Below, piece by piece: positions 14,061 to 26,352 of a stretch of 64,000 nt of DNA. Every line of letters begins with the position of its first letter. Within the stretch, counting starts at the first letter, position 1. The stretch is taken from NCBI GenBank assembly GCA_002269645.1, contig NIVC01000763.1, positions 372,001 through 436,000 on the forward strand, written 5' to 3'. A program made the position numbers and the translations under genes. Source of the stretch: Macrostomum lignano (Eukaryota). The notes beneath the pieces were generated by a model that worked only from the letters and a program-made list of their open reading frames with translations, made no database searches and was not told the DNA's origin.

Positions 14061-17000
14061 GGTTAGTTAGTTGGTTAGTTAATTGCTTGACCAAATTGAA
14101 GCTGCGGACGCATGCTGAAGATAGCAGACTGAAGGCACCTTGCATTATTTTTGATAGTTACTCAGAGTATCTCTCTGAAACATTCTGTATGTGAAAATTG
14201 CATTTCCATTATCTAATTGCAAGCCTCTGAAAGCTTCGCGGAACCAGCAATCGAGCTAATTAACCTGAGCGCCGCTCCGTCTCAAGTCCCATTTTTTGTT
14301 TTGCACGCCAAAGGCGCTAACTCTGATGGTGTGTTTATTCAAACACCAAACCTTGAGTTGAAGGGATGAAAGGTTTTCGCCTTTGAGCAGTGTTATTAGC
14401 CGTCATTAGCAAATATGGCCTTCCTTTGCTTGATAAAGTTCGCGTTTATTGACCTTATAGCTTTGTGCCCTGGGCAGCCCTAAAGTTGTGTCGTAAAAAG
14501 ACCTTAACAATCGTTCCTTAGCTTATCTCTAGATAATCCATTACTACATGCGTCACTCAAATAATCTGCAGACATCTTAAGAACCGCTCCCTAGACATAT
14601 ATTTCTGCCAAGATTCGTTCGTCCCCAGACATCCCTCTCAAGATTCGCCCATAGACATTCATCTCAAGATTCGCCCCTGGATATTCATCTCAAGATTTGC
14701 CCCTGGACACTCATCTCAAGATTCGCCCTTAGACATTCATCTCAAGATTTGCCCCTGGACATTCATCTCAAGATTCGCCCTTAGACATTCATCTCAAGAT
14801 TCGCCCCTAGACACTGATCTCAAGATTCGCCCCTAGACACTGATCTCAAGATTCGCCCATAGACATTCATCTCAAGATTTGCCCCTGGACACTCATCTCA
14901 AGATTTGCCCCTGGACACTCATCTCAAGATTTGCCCCTGGACACTCATCTCAAGATTTGCCCCTGGACACTCATCTCAAGATTTGCCCCTGGACACTCAT
15001 CTCAAGATTCGCCCTTAGACATTCATCTCAAGATTCGCCCCTAGACCCTGATCTCTCAAGATTCGCCCCTAGACATGAAAATCGCCCCTAGACATTCCCG
15101 CCTTCTGCAAATTTATTGGGTACGCGTTGAGATATTCCATTAATCCCAATTAATCTCCAGGGTGAGCTCACTCTGACAGCCATCGGGCCCGCCCAGTTGG
15201 GTCCGCAGCAGGGCGAACTGCTAATCCGCGCCAATCCCACCGACCTGCGTCTACAATGGCGCCTACGCGGCGCCGAAGGCAGCCTGTCGGCCGTGCCGGA
15301 CCCGCTGTTGCTGCCTGACTGTTTCCCAGGCCGGGCCGCCTGCCGCTGGCTCAGCGTCCGGAGCTCCTTCCACCAGCTGGTGTCTGTGCGCGGCCTGACC
15401 TTCCTGCCGTCGGATGTCCGGTTCAAATTCGCTCCGCTGGGCCTGCCGCAACTGTTAAAATCGTTCGAGACCACTACGGTGAGGAAGGCTTGGTGTTTGC
15501 TGGGACTTTGCTGGGACGTGCCTTCCTTAATTGACATCCTCAGTTGCTGGGCCAGCCTCCCAGATCCTCAGTTGCTGGGCCAGCCTCCCAGATCCTCAGT
15601 TGCTGGGCCAGCCTCCCAGATCCTCAGTTGCTGGGCCAGCCTCCCAGATCCTCAGTTGCTGGGCCAGCCTCCCAGATCCTCAGTTGCTAGGCCAGCCTCC
15701 CAGATCCTCAGTTGCTAGGCCAGCCTCCCAGATCCTCAGTTACTGGCCGCTGCTACCCTCAGGCTTATTCCACATTAATAAAGTACAGCAAGTCATTGAA
15801 TAAAAGCAGGTTTATATAAACAAAAGTTAATTTCTCTTCCCGTTACCCAGTTGCCGTCTATTAGCAGCCGCTTACTCTATATATAGCATCGGATGTCTCC
15901 GGCCCCCTAATGAACCTGCTGCTTCATTACGGCCTCACTACGGGAAAATTTCAGTTCCCGTAGCAGTTTGCACGCCGAGACGCCCGCCCAGCATTGCAGT
16001 GAGGCCAATGAGAATCAGCTAGTTTGAAGCATGCATGTATTTAAAGAATTCCGTTCTTTCCTGGATCAATTCTGGCTCGTGAAAAAGACTTCCGTACAAT
16101 CTAGATTGTTAATCTTTATATATGTTCCGCCTTTCAGCTTTCAATTCCATTCATATCATTGAATAATTTAACCTATTTTATTCCGCTAAGGTTGGCAAAA
16201 TCTGCTTTGATCATCAACGACTGTGCGGACGCGACTGCTATGTTGGCTTCCCGCTCACTACTGCTAGTAAGTGCAACTGATTTTCAGCGATTAAATTCTA
16301 TTTTAATATCCCAGATTCTCAGATTCCGTTGCGCCATCTCCCGGATCCTCAGACTCCCCGCCTCCCGGATCCTCAGACTCCCCGCCTCCCGGATCCTCAG
16401 ACTCCCCGCCTCCCGGATCCTCAGACTCCGCAGTCCCGCCTCCCGGATCGTCAGACTCCGCAGTCCCGCCTCCCGGATCCTCAGACTCCATAGTCCCGCC
16501 TCCCGGATCCTCAGACTCCACAGTCCCGTCTCCCGGATCCTCAGACTCTGCTGTCCCGCCTCCCGGATCCTCAGACTCCACAGTCCCGCCTCCCGGATCC
16601 TCAGACTCCACAGTCCCGCCTCCCGGATCCTCAGACTCCACAGTCCCGTCTCCCGGATCCTCAGACTCCGCTGTCCCGCCTCCCGGATCCTCAGACTCCA
16701 CAGTCCCGCCTCCCGGATCGTCAGACTCCGCTGTCCCGTCTCCCGGATCGTCAGACTCCGCAGTCCCGTCTCCCGGATCGTCAGACTCCACAGTCCCGCC
16801 TCCCGGATCGTCAGACTCCGCTGTCCCGCCTCCCGGATCCTCAGACTCCGCTGTCCCGTCTCCCGGATCCTCAGACTCCACAGTCCCGCCTCCCGGATCG
16901 TCAAACTCCGCAGTCCCACCTCCCGGATCCTCAGACTCCGCTGTCCCGTCTCCCGGATCCTCAGACTCCGCTGTCCCGTCTCCCGGATCCTCAGACTCCA

Positions 17001-20000
17001 CAGTCCCGCCTCCCGGATCGTCAGACTCCGCAGTCCCACCTCCCGGATCCTCAGACTCCGCTGTCCCGTCTCCCGGATCCTCAGACTCCGCTGTCGCGCC
17101 TCGCGGATCCTCAGACTCCCCGCCTCCCGGATCCTCAGACTCCCGGCCTCCCGGATCCTCAGACTCCCTGCTTCCCGGATCCTCAGACTCCCCACCTCCC
17201 GGATCCTCAGACTCCCGGCCTCCCGGATCCTCAGACTCCCCTTTCCCGGATCCTCAGACTCCCCGCCTCCCGGATCCTCAGACTCCCTGCTTCCCGGATC
17301 CTCAGACTCCCTGCTTCCCGGATCCTCAGACTCCCCACCTCCCGGATCCTCAGACTCCCCGCCTCCCGGATCCTCAGACTCCCCGCCTCCCGGATACTCA
17401 GACTCCCTGCCTCCCGGATCCCCATTCATTCCCAAGCCATCCGCCACCCGCAGCCGGCAAAGAGTGGCTCTCGGGCCTCAGCCTGGACAGCCGAGTGTCA
17501 GACGTGGACCAGCTGTACCTCAACCGCCTATCGCAGCGCTGGGAGTCCTTAGTCCGGTCCGATCGGCACACGGTCAATGCCACAGTTGCCATAGAGACAG
17601 CTCACGCCGGCGGTTTCCTCATGCGTACTCAAGCCCAATTATTCAGGCCCAGCCTCCTGCCAGACGACTGGCGTCATAAATTAGAGCTGACTCATTCCGG
17701 CAACGCCACCGAGTCCGAGCTGATCATTGAAAACCCGTCCGACAGTCCTGTGCTGGCCCAGCTGCTCCCGCTCTGGCTGTACTCTTCGCCTCAGTCCGCC
17801 ATCTCACTTCTGGCCACTCGACTCGGCCAGGCAGCCTGGGAGGAGCTGTTCACTGAATCGTCTTCGACTAGCGGCGACTCCGGCGACGGCGCTATTCGCT
17901 TGGCCGGGATCGGCGCCCAGTCAGAGGTGGCGCGGGTGCATCGGGATCAGCTGAGGGCGCTGTTTGGCGCCAGGGTGAGCAATGAGCATGGTCACACTGT
18001 TGTACTTTTGTTGGATTCTTGGAATATTTAGGTACTAAAGTTCTAGGGCGGTACATCTAGAGAATGCGTTTCCATTGATTTGCAACTCAGCATCTAGAGA
18101 CCGAGGATCCATTGGTTAGCATCTAGAGACCGAGGATCCATTGGTTAGCATCTAGAGACCGAGGATCCATTGGTTAGCATCTAGAGACCGAGGATCCATT
18201 GGTTAGCATCTAGAGACCGAGGATCCATTGGTTAGCATCTAGAGACCGAGGATCCATTGGTTAGCATCTAGAGACCGAGGATCCATTGGTTAGCATCTAG
18301 AGACCGAGGATCCATTGGTTAGCATCTAGAGACCGAGGATCCATTGGTTAGCATCTAGAGACCGAGGATCCATTGGTTAGCATCTAGAGACCGAGGATCC
18401 ATTGGTTAGCATCTAGAGACCGAGGATCCATTGGTTAGCATCTAGAGACCGAGGATCCATTGGTTAGCATCTAGAGACCGAGGATCCATTGGTTAGCATC
18501 TAGAGACCGAGGATCCATTGGTTAGCATCTAGAGACCGAGGATCCATTGGTTAGCATCTAGAGACCGAGGATCCATTGGTTAGCATCTAGAGACCGAGGA
18601 TCCATTGGTTAGCATCTAGAGACCGAGGATCCATTGGTTAGCATCTAGAGACCGAGGATCCATTGGTTAGCATCTAGAGACCGAGGATCCATTGGTTAGC
18701 ATCTAGAGACCGAGGATCTATTAGTTAGAACCAGAGAAAGAGATCCTTGGCTGGGTTTTTATCTAAGGAAATGAAGTTCCAGGGCTTTCAATCTAAGGAA
18801 ATGAAGTTCCAGGGGTTCCAATCTAAGGAAATGAAGTTCCAGGGGTTTCAATCTAAGGAAATGAAGTTCCAGGGGTTTCAATCTAAGGAAATGAAGTTCC
18901 AGGGGTTTCAATCTAAGGAAATGAAGTTCCAGGGGTTTTAATCTAAGGAAATGAAGTTCCAGGGGTTTCAATCTAAGGAAATGAAGTTCCAGGGGTTGCA
19001 ATCTAAGGAAATGAAGTTCCAATGGTTCCAATCTAAGTAAATTGAATTCCCCGGGTTTTAATCTAAGGAAAGGAGGTTCCTCAATTTCGGCACTTCATGA
19101 CCCTTTCTCTGCCGGCAGGTGCACCCGGAGAGTCTGGCCACGCTAGTTCTGCCCCGGCGTCGCGCCCGTTTCCGGTTCGGCTTCCGGCCCAACCGAGCCG
19201 GCAATCACTCGGCGGTGTTCCTGTTGCGCAACAACCTGACCGCGCTGGAGGCCCTGCTAGTGACCGGCGAGGCCGCCGAGCCGCGACTGCGACTGGCCGA
19301 GCCGCGCCTGCTGTTCCACGCCTCCGAGCGGGCGAACCGGCCGTGCGGGCCCATCAGGCGCCAGCTCACGCTGAGCAACCCGGGCCGGCTGCCTCTGAGA
19401 ATAGTCGGCTACAGTCTGGGCGAAGACGATGACGGCGAATACGTTGACGATGATCAGTACTCGACTAGTGTAGATGAGGCGCCAGTGACCGATGGCGCCA
19501 GCACCTGTTCAGATGCTGGATTTTTCCTGCCGAACTGCCAGCCAGTCTCAGTGGAGCCCAATGAGACCATCCGACTGGAGGTGACCTTCCAGCCTGACTA
19601 CTGTCTTCACCGGGCGGCCCGCCTGCTCACGCTGAGACCCAACGCCGGGCCGGCCATATCTGTCCTGCTGCAGGCTGCCGTCCCGACGCCGCTGCTGTCA
19701 GCTTGCTCTGCTCGGCTGCCCCGGCCAGACTGGGAGCACCAGCTGCACACAGCTGTCACATTGGCTCTGATCGCCTGCGGCGTGTGCGCATTGGCTTCGG
19801 CCTATTGCGAATCCGATCGCCTGCTGGCCTTGGACGCCTTTCTACAGTGCCGTCAGCAGACTGTCTTGAATGCCGCCGCCGCCGCGTCTGGCGGAGCTCC
19901 GTTTGATCTGCGACTGCTGGCTTCCACCGTCTCTATTACTAATCATAGCAATGCTAGCGACCACCGCGGCGCTTGCGGCATTCACGAGCAGCAGTTGAGT

Positions 20001-23000
20001 CAGCGTAATAGCGCCAGGATTACGGATTTGGAAGGCGATCGAGCTGACAGCGATGGAAGCGGCGGCTTCTTTGGCTTTTTTAGTCGCCTTTTACTGTTCA
20101 GGTCGGCGGGGTCAGCAAAGTCAGCGGCGGCGGCAGCGGCGTCGGATACGACAACTGAAGCTTCAGCAGCTTCAACTGGCAGAGCGCTGTTGTCGTCGTC
20201 GGCGTCGTCGACGGGTGCTTCCGCCGCGGCAGCGACTTCTTCGGCATCCACTACGACGGCTACAGCGACATCGCGTCGATCTGGCGGAGTCGGGCAGCAG
20301 CAGCAGCAGCATCAGCAGTCAACTAGTCAAGCATCATCTGCATCGCAGCATCATCAGCATCATCATCAGCAGTCTTCACGTCGGTCTAACAAGCGCCAAG
20401 TATTATCGTCAAGCGCCCAGTCTAACACCACAATCGCCGGCGGCGTTATCGTTGGCAAAGAGTCGCGGTCGGCGTCCACGGCTTCTGCCGCTTCGTCGTC
20501 GGCTGCTCAGTCAAGTGGTGTCAGACCGGATCCGCCGCAGCCTATACCGACGCCGCAGTTTGAGCCTATCGATTTCTCCAACCAGCGAGTTGGTAAAGGT
20601 ATTAATTGATGTGGTCATTGGCTACTTCACATCTGCACCTTTTTGTTTGCCTACCTTTTAGTGGTTGCACTAATGTCATTCCCTGTGGGTACCTCACTGG
20701 TCATTGGTATTGATAGCTCACTGGTCATTGGTATTGATAGCTCACTGATCATTGGTAGCCACCCCACTGGTCATTGATAGCCACCCCACGCATGCCTTTT
20801 GCTAACAACCCTGCTAGTCCTTCGGTGGCCACCCACTGGTCGGAAACACTTGTAATTCCTGTATTGATCACCAAAAAGCACAGCATCGACGTCTTTTTTA
20901 TTCCTGCAGGCAAGTCGCGTGGTAAGAAACAACAACAGCAGCAGCAGCATCATCATCAAAAAGAGCATAGTCAGCAGCAGCAACAGAGAAAGCAACAGCA
21001 CCAGACTGACCAGCAGCGCAGAGGTCAGTCAGCCACACCCGAGGACGCTGAAGATGCCAGAAGTCTAGCTTCGGAATCTAGCAGCTCGGAGGAAAAGGTA
21101 TTTATATATTTACTATAGATTGCACTACTATTAGTAGAATGAAATTAGCCGTCTTTCTCCTTTTTTAATGCAAAACAAAAAAAATCTACAGAGAAGCAAC
21201 ACTGGCAGTAGCGAAGTGCACCAGCCGCATACAGCAACTTTGGGAAACACCGGGACGCTGCAGCATCATCATTATCATCATCAGCAGCAAGCGAGCAAGA
21301 CTCGCCGATCTGGCAGTATTTCTAGCAAAGTGTCAGCTACTACTGCCGCTGCTACATCTCCGGCTGAGCTGATCATCAAATCTATCGATAAAAATAGCGC
21401 CGCCGGTCAGGCCGAGGAGGTCGGCGGCCAGGGCAAAGCTGTCAACGGCGGCAAAGGTCGAAGGAACGGCGGCAATGGCTCCGGCGCTGGTGGCGGTCGT
21501 GTTAAGAGTCGAACCACGTAAGTTCAAAGCTTAATCATCATTATCGACTAATTCGTTCACTTTGAGGTGGGGGCGGAGAAAGTTAATTTTTGGGTGGGTT
21601 GGTTGGTTTGAAATTAGATGCTGACACCAGTGTGGTGGGGCGGATTCCACGTTTGAATTGTCGCCGGCGTTGAGTTCGCACGCATGAAGCCGGAAAATCG
21701 CGCCGACGAATCACAACGAAATCTTTCTTCTGTTTTACTCCAACTGCCGGGTTCTCAAGTCCGGGGGAGGGTAGTCGTAATCGTAGCGGAGCGGTCGTGT
21801 AGCGGCGCGGTCGTTCAAAAATGAGACACCGTAGATTTTGACACCGTAATTTAATGCGTTGACTTGTCGAGCTTGTTACTTTCAGTAGGGTAGAGCTGCC
21901 ACCACCGTAATTTACGTATTACGGAACGAATTAAGTCTCTTTGAGCTTTCTTTGAGCGGAGAACTTGGGGCGTTATTTTACGCCCCACGGGCAAATGACT
22001 CAAGATAAACTATGGCTTAATTATTGAAGACGAACTGATAGATTAACGTCGGTGTTCGTGGTCGGTTATTATTATTGTTAATATAATTATTTAAGCAGGC
22101 TAGCGTATTAGGTTATAAAATGTCCGAACGAGATGGTGGCGGGTGCCGGTAGACAAGAAAAAAACAAATTCTACTACAACTCCCATATAAAAATGATGGC
22201 ACAGCAACATGTTATTTAAATAATAATTGAATAGACCATCCCAGGGGATGGGAACAACACTTGGAAAAAAAGGACAGGGAAAAGACTCCGGGGATGGACT
22301 AGACGGAAAAGCACAGAGATAAATGGGGAGAAAACAAAAATACCACGGCAGGACAAAAGGTGCCAGGAACGGGAGTAGTGAGAAATAACGCACCTGGGGC
22401 TGGAAAAGTGACGAAAAATACCCGGGTTGGAAAGATGAACTCCCGGGGATGTTTACGTTAAAGTTCAAAATCAATTATTGTCAAATTTTCACCGTCAGTG
22501 GCATCACCCTGCCACAACTTCAACCCTCGACGCGCATCTTTCTAGGAAAGAAATTATAGGAATAAAAAGCGCGCCGACTTGAATTGTACGTCAGCGCCGA
22601 TGGTGTAGTGGTAGCATGTAAGCCTCCCACGCTTGCGACCCGGGTTCGAATCCCGGTCGGCGCACGAAAATTTTTTCCCAAAAATAATGAAACTTTATTA
22701 AACATTTTCTGTATAATTTCTTGTTAAAGCTAAATATTTTTGTCCAACTTGATCGTACTATCTAGCCGCATATTTTTTTACTCTTTTTCAATATATTTAA
22801 CCATTGCCGATATGTATAGAAAATAACGGTAATACATTGCAAAATATCACCACCCGCAATTCTAGTGCCACCAACACGCCTAACTCTGATGTACGACAGA
22901 GCGACCTGCAGCCGATACTATCGGTGCCGGCGCAGCCTAAAGCGGCTCCGCTGCAGCCTGCTCAGGTTCTCAAGCAGCCCAAGACGTCCATCGTGAAGCC

Positions 23001-25510
23001 GATGACGCATCAGAAGCCTAAGAAAGGTAATTCAGGGCAGCGCAAATTGATGTTTGCTTCCGTATTCTATCTAGAGAATAAATGATTTTTTTCCTTTATT
23101 TATATTTGTTTTAAATCCTTCCTCGTCTGGTATTGATTTTTTTCGTTTAGAAATTCTCGACTACTGGTATGATGATGCTGAAGCGGAGAATGAAAGCCCA
23201 GTCGAATGGGACGTTCCATTTGATTGGACTCACAAAGGTATTCGTGCTTATTGGACAAATACAAATTTATGCTTGACAAAGGTTTGATGACTGGCAAGTT
23301 CATTAATTAAGACGCTATTGTGCCTGCCTATTTATAGTCTAATTAAAATTAAGGTATATTTTTCGCTTTTAAAAAGTGTTTAAAATTTTCTGAGCGTAAC
23401 TACTTACAGTACCTAATGTGCGTTTTATATTATTTTCTTACTGTTCTTCTCCAGTTCTTACTGTTTATCAAAGGGTTCGGTGAACTAGCGCATGACTGCG
23501 GGCCAGAAGAGAGGAGAGAAGAGAGGGGATAAAGAAGAGAGGAGGAGAGAGATGAAAAAGGAGAGAGGAGACGAAACGGACGAGAGGAGAGGAGAGGAGA
23601 GGAGAGGAGAGGAGAGGAGAGGAGGGGACAGGAGAGGAGAGGAGGGAGAGGAGAGGAGGGGAGAGGAGGGGAGAGGAGGGGAGGGGAGAGGAGAGAGAGG
23701 AGAGAAGAGGAGGGGACAGGAGAGGAGAGAAGGGAGAGGAGAGGACAGGAGAGGAGAGGAGAGGAGGGGACAGGAGAGGAGAGGAGGGAGAGGAGAGGAG
23801 GGGAGAGGAGGGGACAGGAGAGGAGAGGAGGGGACAGGAGAGGAGAGAAGGGAGAGGAGAGGAGAGGAGAGGAGGGGAGAGGAGAGGAGGGGAGAGGAGA
23901 GAGAGGAGAGAAGAGGAGGGGACAGGAGAGGAGAGAAGGGAGAGGAGAGGAGAGGAGGGGAGAGGAGAGGAGGGGAGAGGAGAGAGAGGAGAGAAGAGGA
24001 GGGGACAGGAGAGGAGAGAAGGGAGAGGAGAGGACAGGAGAGGAGAGGAGGGGACAGGAGAGGAGAGGAGAGGAGAGGAGAGGAGAGGAGATCAGAGGAG
24101 AGGAGAGGAGAGGGGACAGGAGAGGAGAGAAGGGAGAGGAGAGGAGAGAAGGAAGAGGAGAGAAGAGGAGGGGACAGGAGAGGAGAGGACGGGACAGGAG
24201 AGGAGAGAAGGGAGAGGAGAGGAGAGGAGAGAAGGAAGAGGAGAGGAGAAGAGGGGACAGGAGAGGAGAGAAGGGAGAGGAGAGGAGAGAAGGAAGAGGA
24301 GAGAAGAGGAGGGGACAGGAGAGGAGAGGAGGGGACAGGAGAGGAGAGAAGAGGAGGGGACAGGAGAGGAGAGGAGGGTACAGGAGAGGAGAGAAGAGGA
24401 GGGGACAGGAGAGGAGAGGAGACACAAACCTTGATCAGGTCGGGTTGCTATTGTGAAGTCTCAAAGGACCCGAGGGCCGGATAGAGAGGCTTTGCGAGCC
24501 GGTGTTTACCGACTCCTGGACTTTACAATTACGAATCAAGAATTTCAAGGCTAGTAAAATGTTAGCAGAATTTTGGTAGCCCGTGATTTGTTTCGTTGCT
24601 GTTATTCCGTTTGTCCGTTCTTGGTCCTGGGTGGTATAAAAACGATATGCGACCTTTTCTGTTAAAACTAATGGGAAAATTCTATATTTTATTGATTAAG
24701 TGTCTATTTTAATGATTATACTGCAACCGAGCACTTGTACTAAGCGACTAGCATTATAACCAAGCACGGAAACCGCTTCTTATTGCAGAAGATCTGGATG
24801 AAATTGCCAGGCGCACCGCTCGGTTCTCGTTGACGCCGCAAAAAGGCAGCCCATTGTGGGACACCCAGCCAGTGCAGCAGGAACAGCCTCCGCCACCTCC
24901 GCCGCCGCCGCCTCCGCCTCCGCCGCCGCCTGACTCGGCCTGGTCTCTAGACGCCGCGGTGCCCGCCGGTCCGTGGGGCCTCCCGGCGCAGCCAGCGGCT
25001 CCTCTGCTGTTGCCGCCGCTGTCGCAGGCCGCTATGGCCAGGGGCGAGCTGTCCCAGGTAGCTCAGGAGAAGCAGGAGTCGCTGCTCAATTACGAACAGT
25101 TGAAACGGGAGCGTCTGCAGCAGCAACAGCAGCAGCAGCAGCAGACGCTTCTTTTGCAGCAGGAGCAGCAGCCGGTGCAGCTGCCGTGGTGTTCCGACGG
25201 ACTCAGCAGCACATTGGACATCTCCTGGTCTGAGTCCACCGTCTCCAATCGAAATCTCTGGGGCGGCGGCGTCGGCATCGGCTTTGGCGGCGACTTTGCG
25301 TCCTCAGCTGATAATGCAGCTTCGATCGCGGCCCCCGCTGTGCCGCCGGCCTCTGTTGGCAGCGCCGACGATCCAGTAGCTCGGATGCTGATGGGCGAGC
25401 AGCTGCTCTGGCACACGGCGGCCTCGACAGCTCCAACTGCGGCTGGTCCTCCGCCGCCGGCCAGCAGCGGCTGGGCCTGCTTTCCAAATGACGGCACCGG
25501 CGACTGCTGA
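8253..25510 (+). CDS. TMEM131: Transmembrane protein 131 (PapD-like/ASH domain ER protein), 14 exons, about 1865 aa
   Basis: Exons 8253-8355, 10187-10268, 10350-10418, 10503-10626, 11581-12126, 12481-13362, 15161-15478, 16191-16266, 17454-17974, 19119-20598, 20910-21097, 21192-21517, 22866-23026, 24789-25510. All introns GT-AG, phases consistent, 5598 nt in total. Motifs VRFEPPYLDF, SISATTPHFHCSFF, FDVVFLAR, GARIPINSSFSP, LWAIPPYET, CGRDCYVGFP, LRNNLT match TMEM131. Signal peptide in exon 1; TM helix in exon 10. Exon 1 and the low-complexity 3' exons are less certain. Confidence 0.9.
8866..9259. mobile_element. hAT-type MITE, 394 bp, in TMEM131 intron 1
   Basis: TIRs CAGGGGCGTATCTAGG / CCTAGATACACCACTG (14/16); perfect 8-bp TSD TCTATAGG at 8858-8865 and 9260-9267. 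Confidence 0.9.
10668..11546. repeat. 21-22-bp minisatellite (TACTGTCGCATCTAGACACCCC) in TMEM131 intron 4
   Basis: About 40 tandem units. Confidence 0.95.
12150..12470. repeat. Degenerate minisatellite (CTGTCACACCCCTTATCCGT-like) in TMEM131 intron 5
   Basis: Recurrent motif; explains the spurious N-terminal part of ORF 12157. Confidence 0.75.
13455..14082. repeat. (TTAG)n microsatellite, about 620 bp
   Basis: Tetranucleotide run with TCAG/TTGG variants. Confidence 0.97.
14620..15095. repeat. 26-bp minisatellite (GCCCCTGGACACTCATCTCAAGATTT)
   Basis: About 18 tandem units in TMEM131 intron 6. Confidence 0.93.
15538..15745. repeat. 28-bp minisatellite (CAGTTGCTGGGCCAGCCTCCCAGATCCT)
   Basis: About 7 units in TMEM131 intron 7. 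Confidence 0.93.
16310..17420. repeat. 24/25/30-bp minisatellite (CCCGCCTCCCGGATCCTCAGACTC[CGCAGT])
   Basis: About 40 units filling TMEM131 intron 8; ORFs at 16159, 16284 and 16303 are artefacts of it. Confidence 0.95.
18088..18720. repeat. 29-bp near-perfect minisatellite (AGCATCTAGAGACCGAGGATCCATTGGTT)
   Basis: About 21 essentially identical units with no spacers. Confidence 0.97.
18760..19075. repeat. 30-bp minisatellite (ATCTAAGGAAATGAAGTTCCAGGGGTTTCA)
   Basis: About 10 units in TMEM131 intron 9. Confidence 0.93.
22594..22664 (+). tRNA. tRNA-Gly (anticodon CCC), intronless, inside TMEM131 intron 12
   Basis: Acceptor stem GCGCCGA/TCGGCGC; D arm GTGT-AGTGGTA-GCAT; anticodon arm TAAGC-CTCCCAC-GCTTG; T arm CCGGG-TTCGAAT-CCCGG; T6 Pol III terminator just downstream. 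Confidence 0.95.
23505..24422. repeat. About 920-bp polypurine (GA-rich) low-complexity tract
   Basis: GAGGA/GAGGGGACAG variants with almost no pyrimidines on the + strand; TMEM131 intron 13. Confidence 0.95.
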
Positions 25511-26352
25511 GAGGAGTGACAGCGTCTGTGAGGGAGTGGGACTTGTGTTGTGTGTTATCCTGGGAGGCTGAATGCCTTGAATGGGCCGTTTTGACACTTA
25601 TACCACTGTTGCTATGCTGTGTTTGACGCCGCCAGTAAACTATCCGCAGTGTGGAATTCTAACCCAAGTTATAAACCTAATAGTTTCTGTTCGTGTTGAC
25701 TGAATCGCTTTTTAACATTATCTAGCTGCTGTTGTGGCGCGAGCCGTTTTGTTGCATCGCTTGCTATTCTCAAGACTGCTGCCGATTAGTTGTTGAACTG
25801 TCTTTAAAATATTGCAGCTAATATTGACAACAGTTGTGGGAAATGCTGTGCTCACAGCGTCTACCCTGAACTACATGTATCAGCAAACAACATGTCGCAA
25901 CTAAATATATAATATGACGATATTTACTGGCGCAGAGACCTCACTCTCATTGCTCTGGTTAGCAACCGCAAGCTCTGCTTCCTGTGTGTGTTTTAAATGT
26001 TTTATTATTTAAGGCTATTCGGCCTTTGGTTTTAGAGATGCTTGATGGCCCCCAAGGACTGCTCAAGTAGAGGTTTTCATGAAAAATTAGCATAGAGAAT
26101 CCTAATTTTCTGAACTAAAAGCTTTATGAGTATCAATTGAGCTATAAGAAAGGCACAACATATCAACAGATGAACATTCCACCCAACAAGCAAAGATGTT
26201 TTTTCACCTTTTACTGTGCATTTTAAATGATGAAGTTTCCTCTCTAACTAAGCATGAACCTCCTGCCTACTCGGGCCGCTCCTTCGCGTAGGAGGGCGAC
26301 CTACGCTTCTAACTACGAGTACGAGCGGTAGCAGCGCTTCTTCGACCTCGAA

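Noticed and set aside
13455-14082. Interstitial telomeric repeat
   Set aside because: The unit is TTAG, not TTAGG or TTAGGG; it is an ordinary microsatellite.
18088-18720. CRISPR-like array of 29-bp repeats
   Set aside because: Repeats are head-to-tail with no spacers, lie in a eukaryotic intron, and no cas genes are present.
10668-19075. Common ATCTAGA-like core among several TMEM131 intron arrays
   Set aside because: Only 6-7 bp are shared; the rest of the units do not align, so chance is not excluded.
22100-22474. 124-aa hydrophobic minus-strand ORF
   Set aside because: Starts at TTG, reflects a purine-rich + strand in an intron, and has no recognisable motifs.
21540-22560. Spliced-leader RNA or snRNA gene next to the tRNA
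   Set aside because: I found no flatworm SL ending in ATG|GT and no convincing Sm site in a proper stem-loop context.
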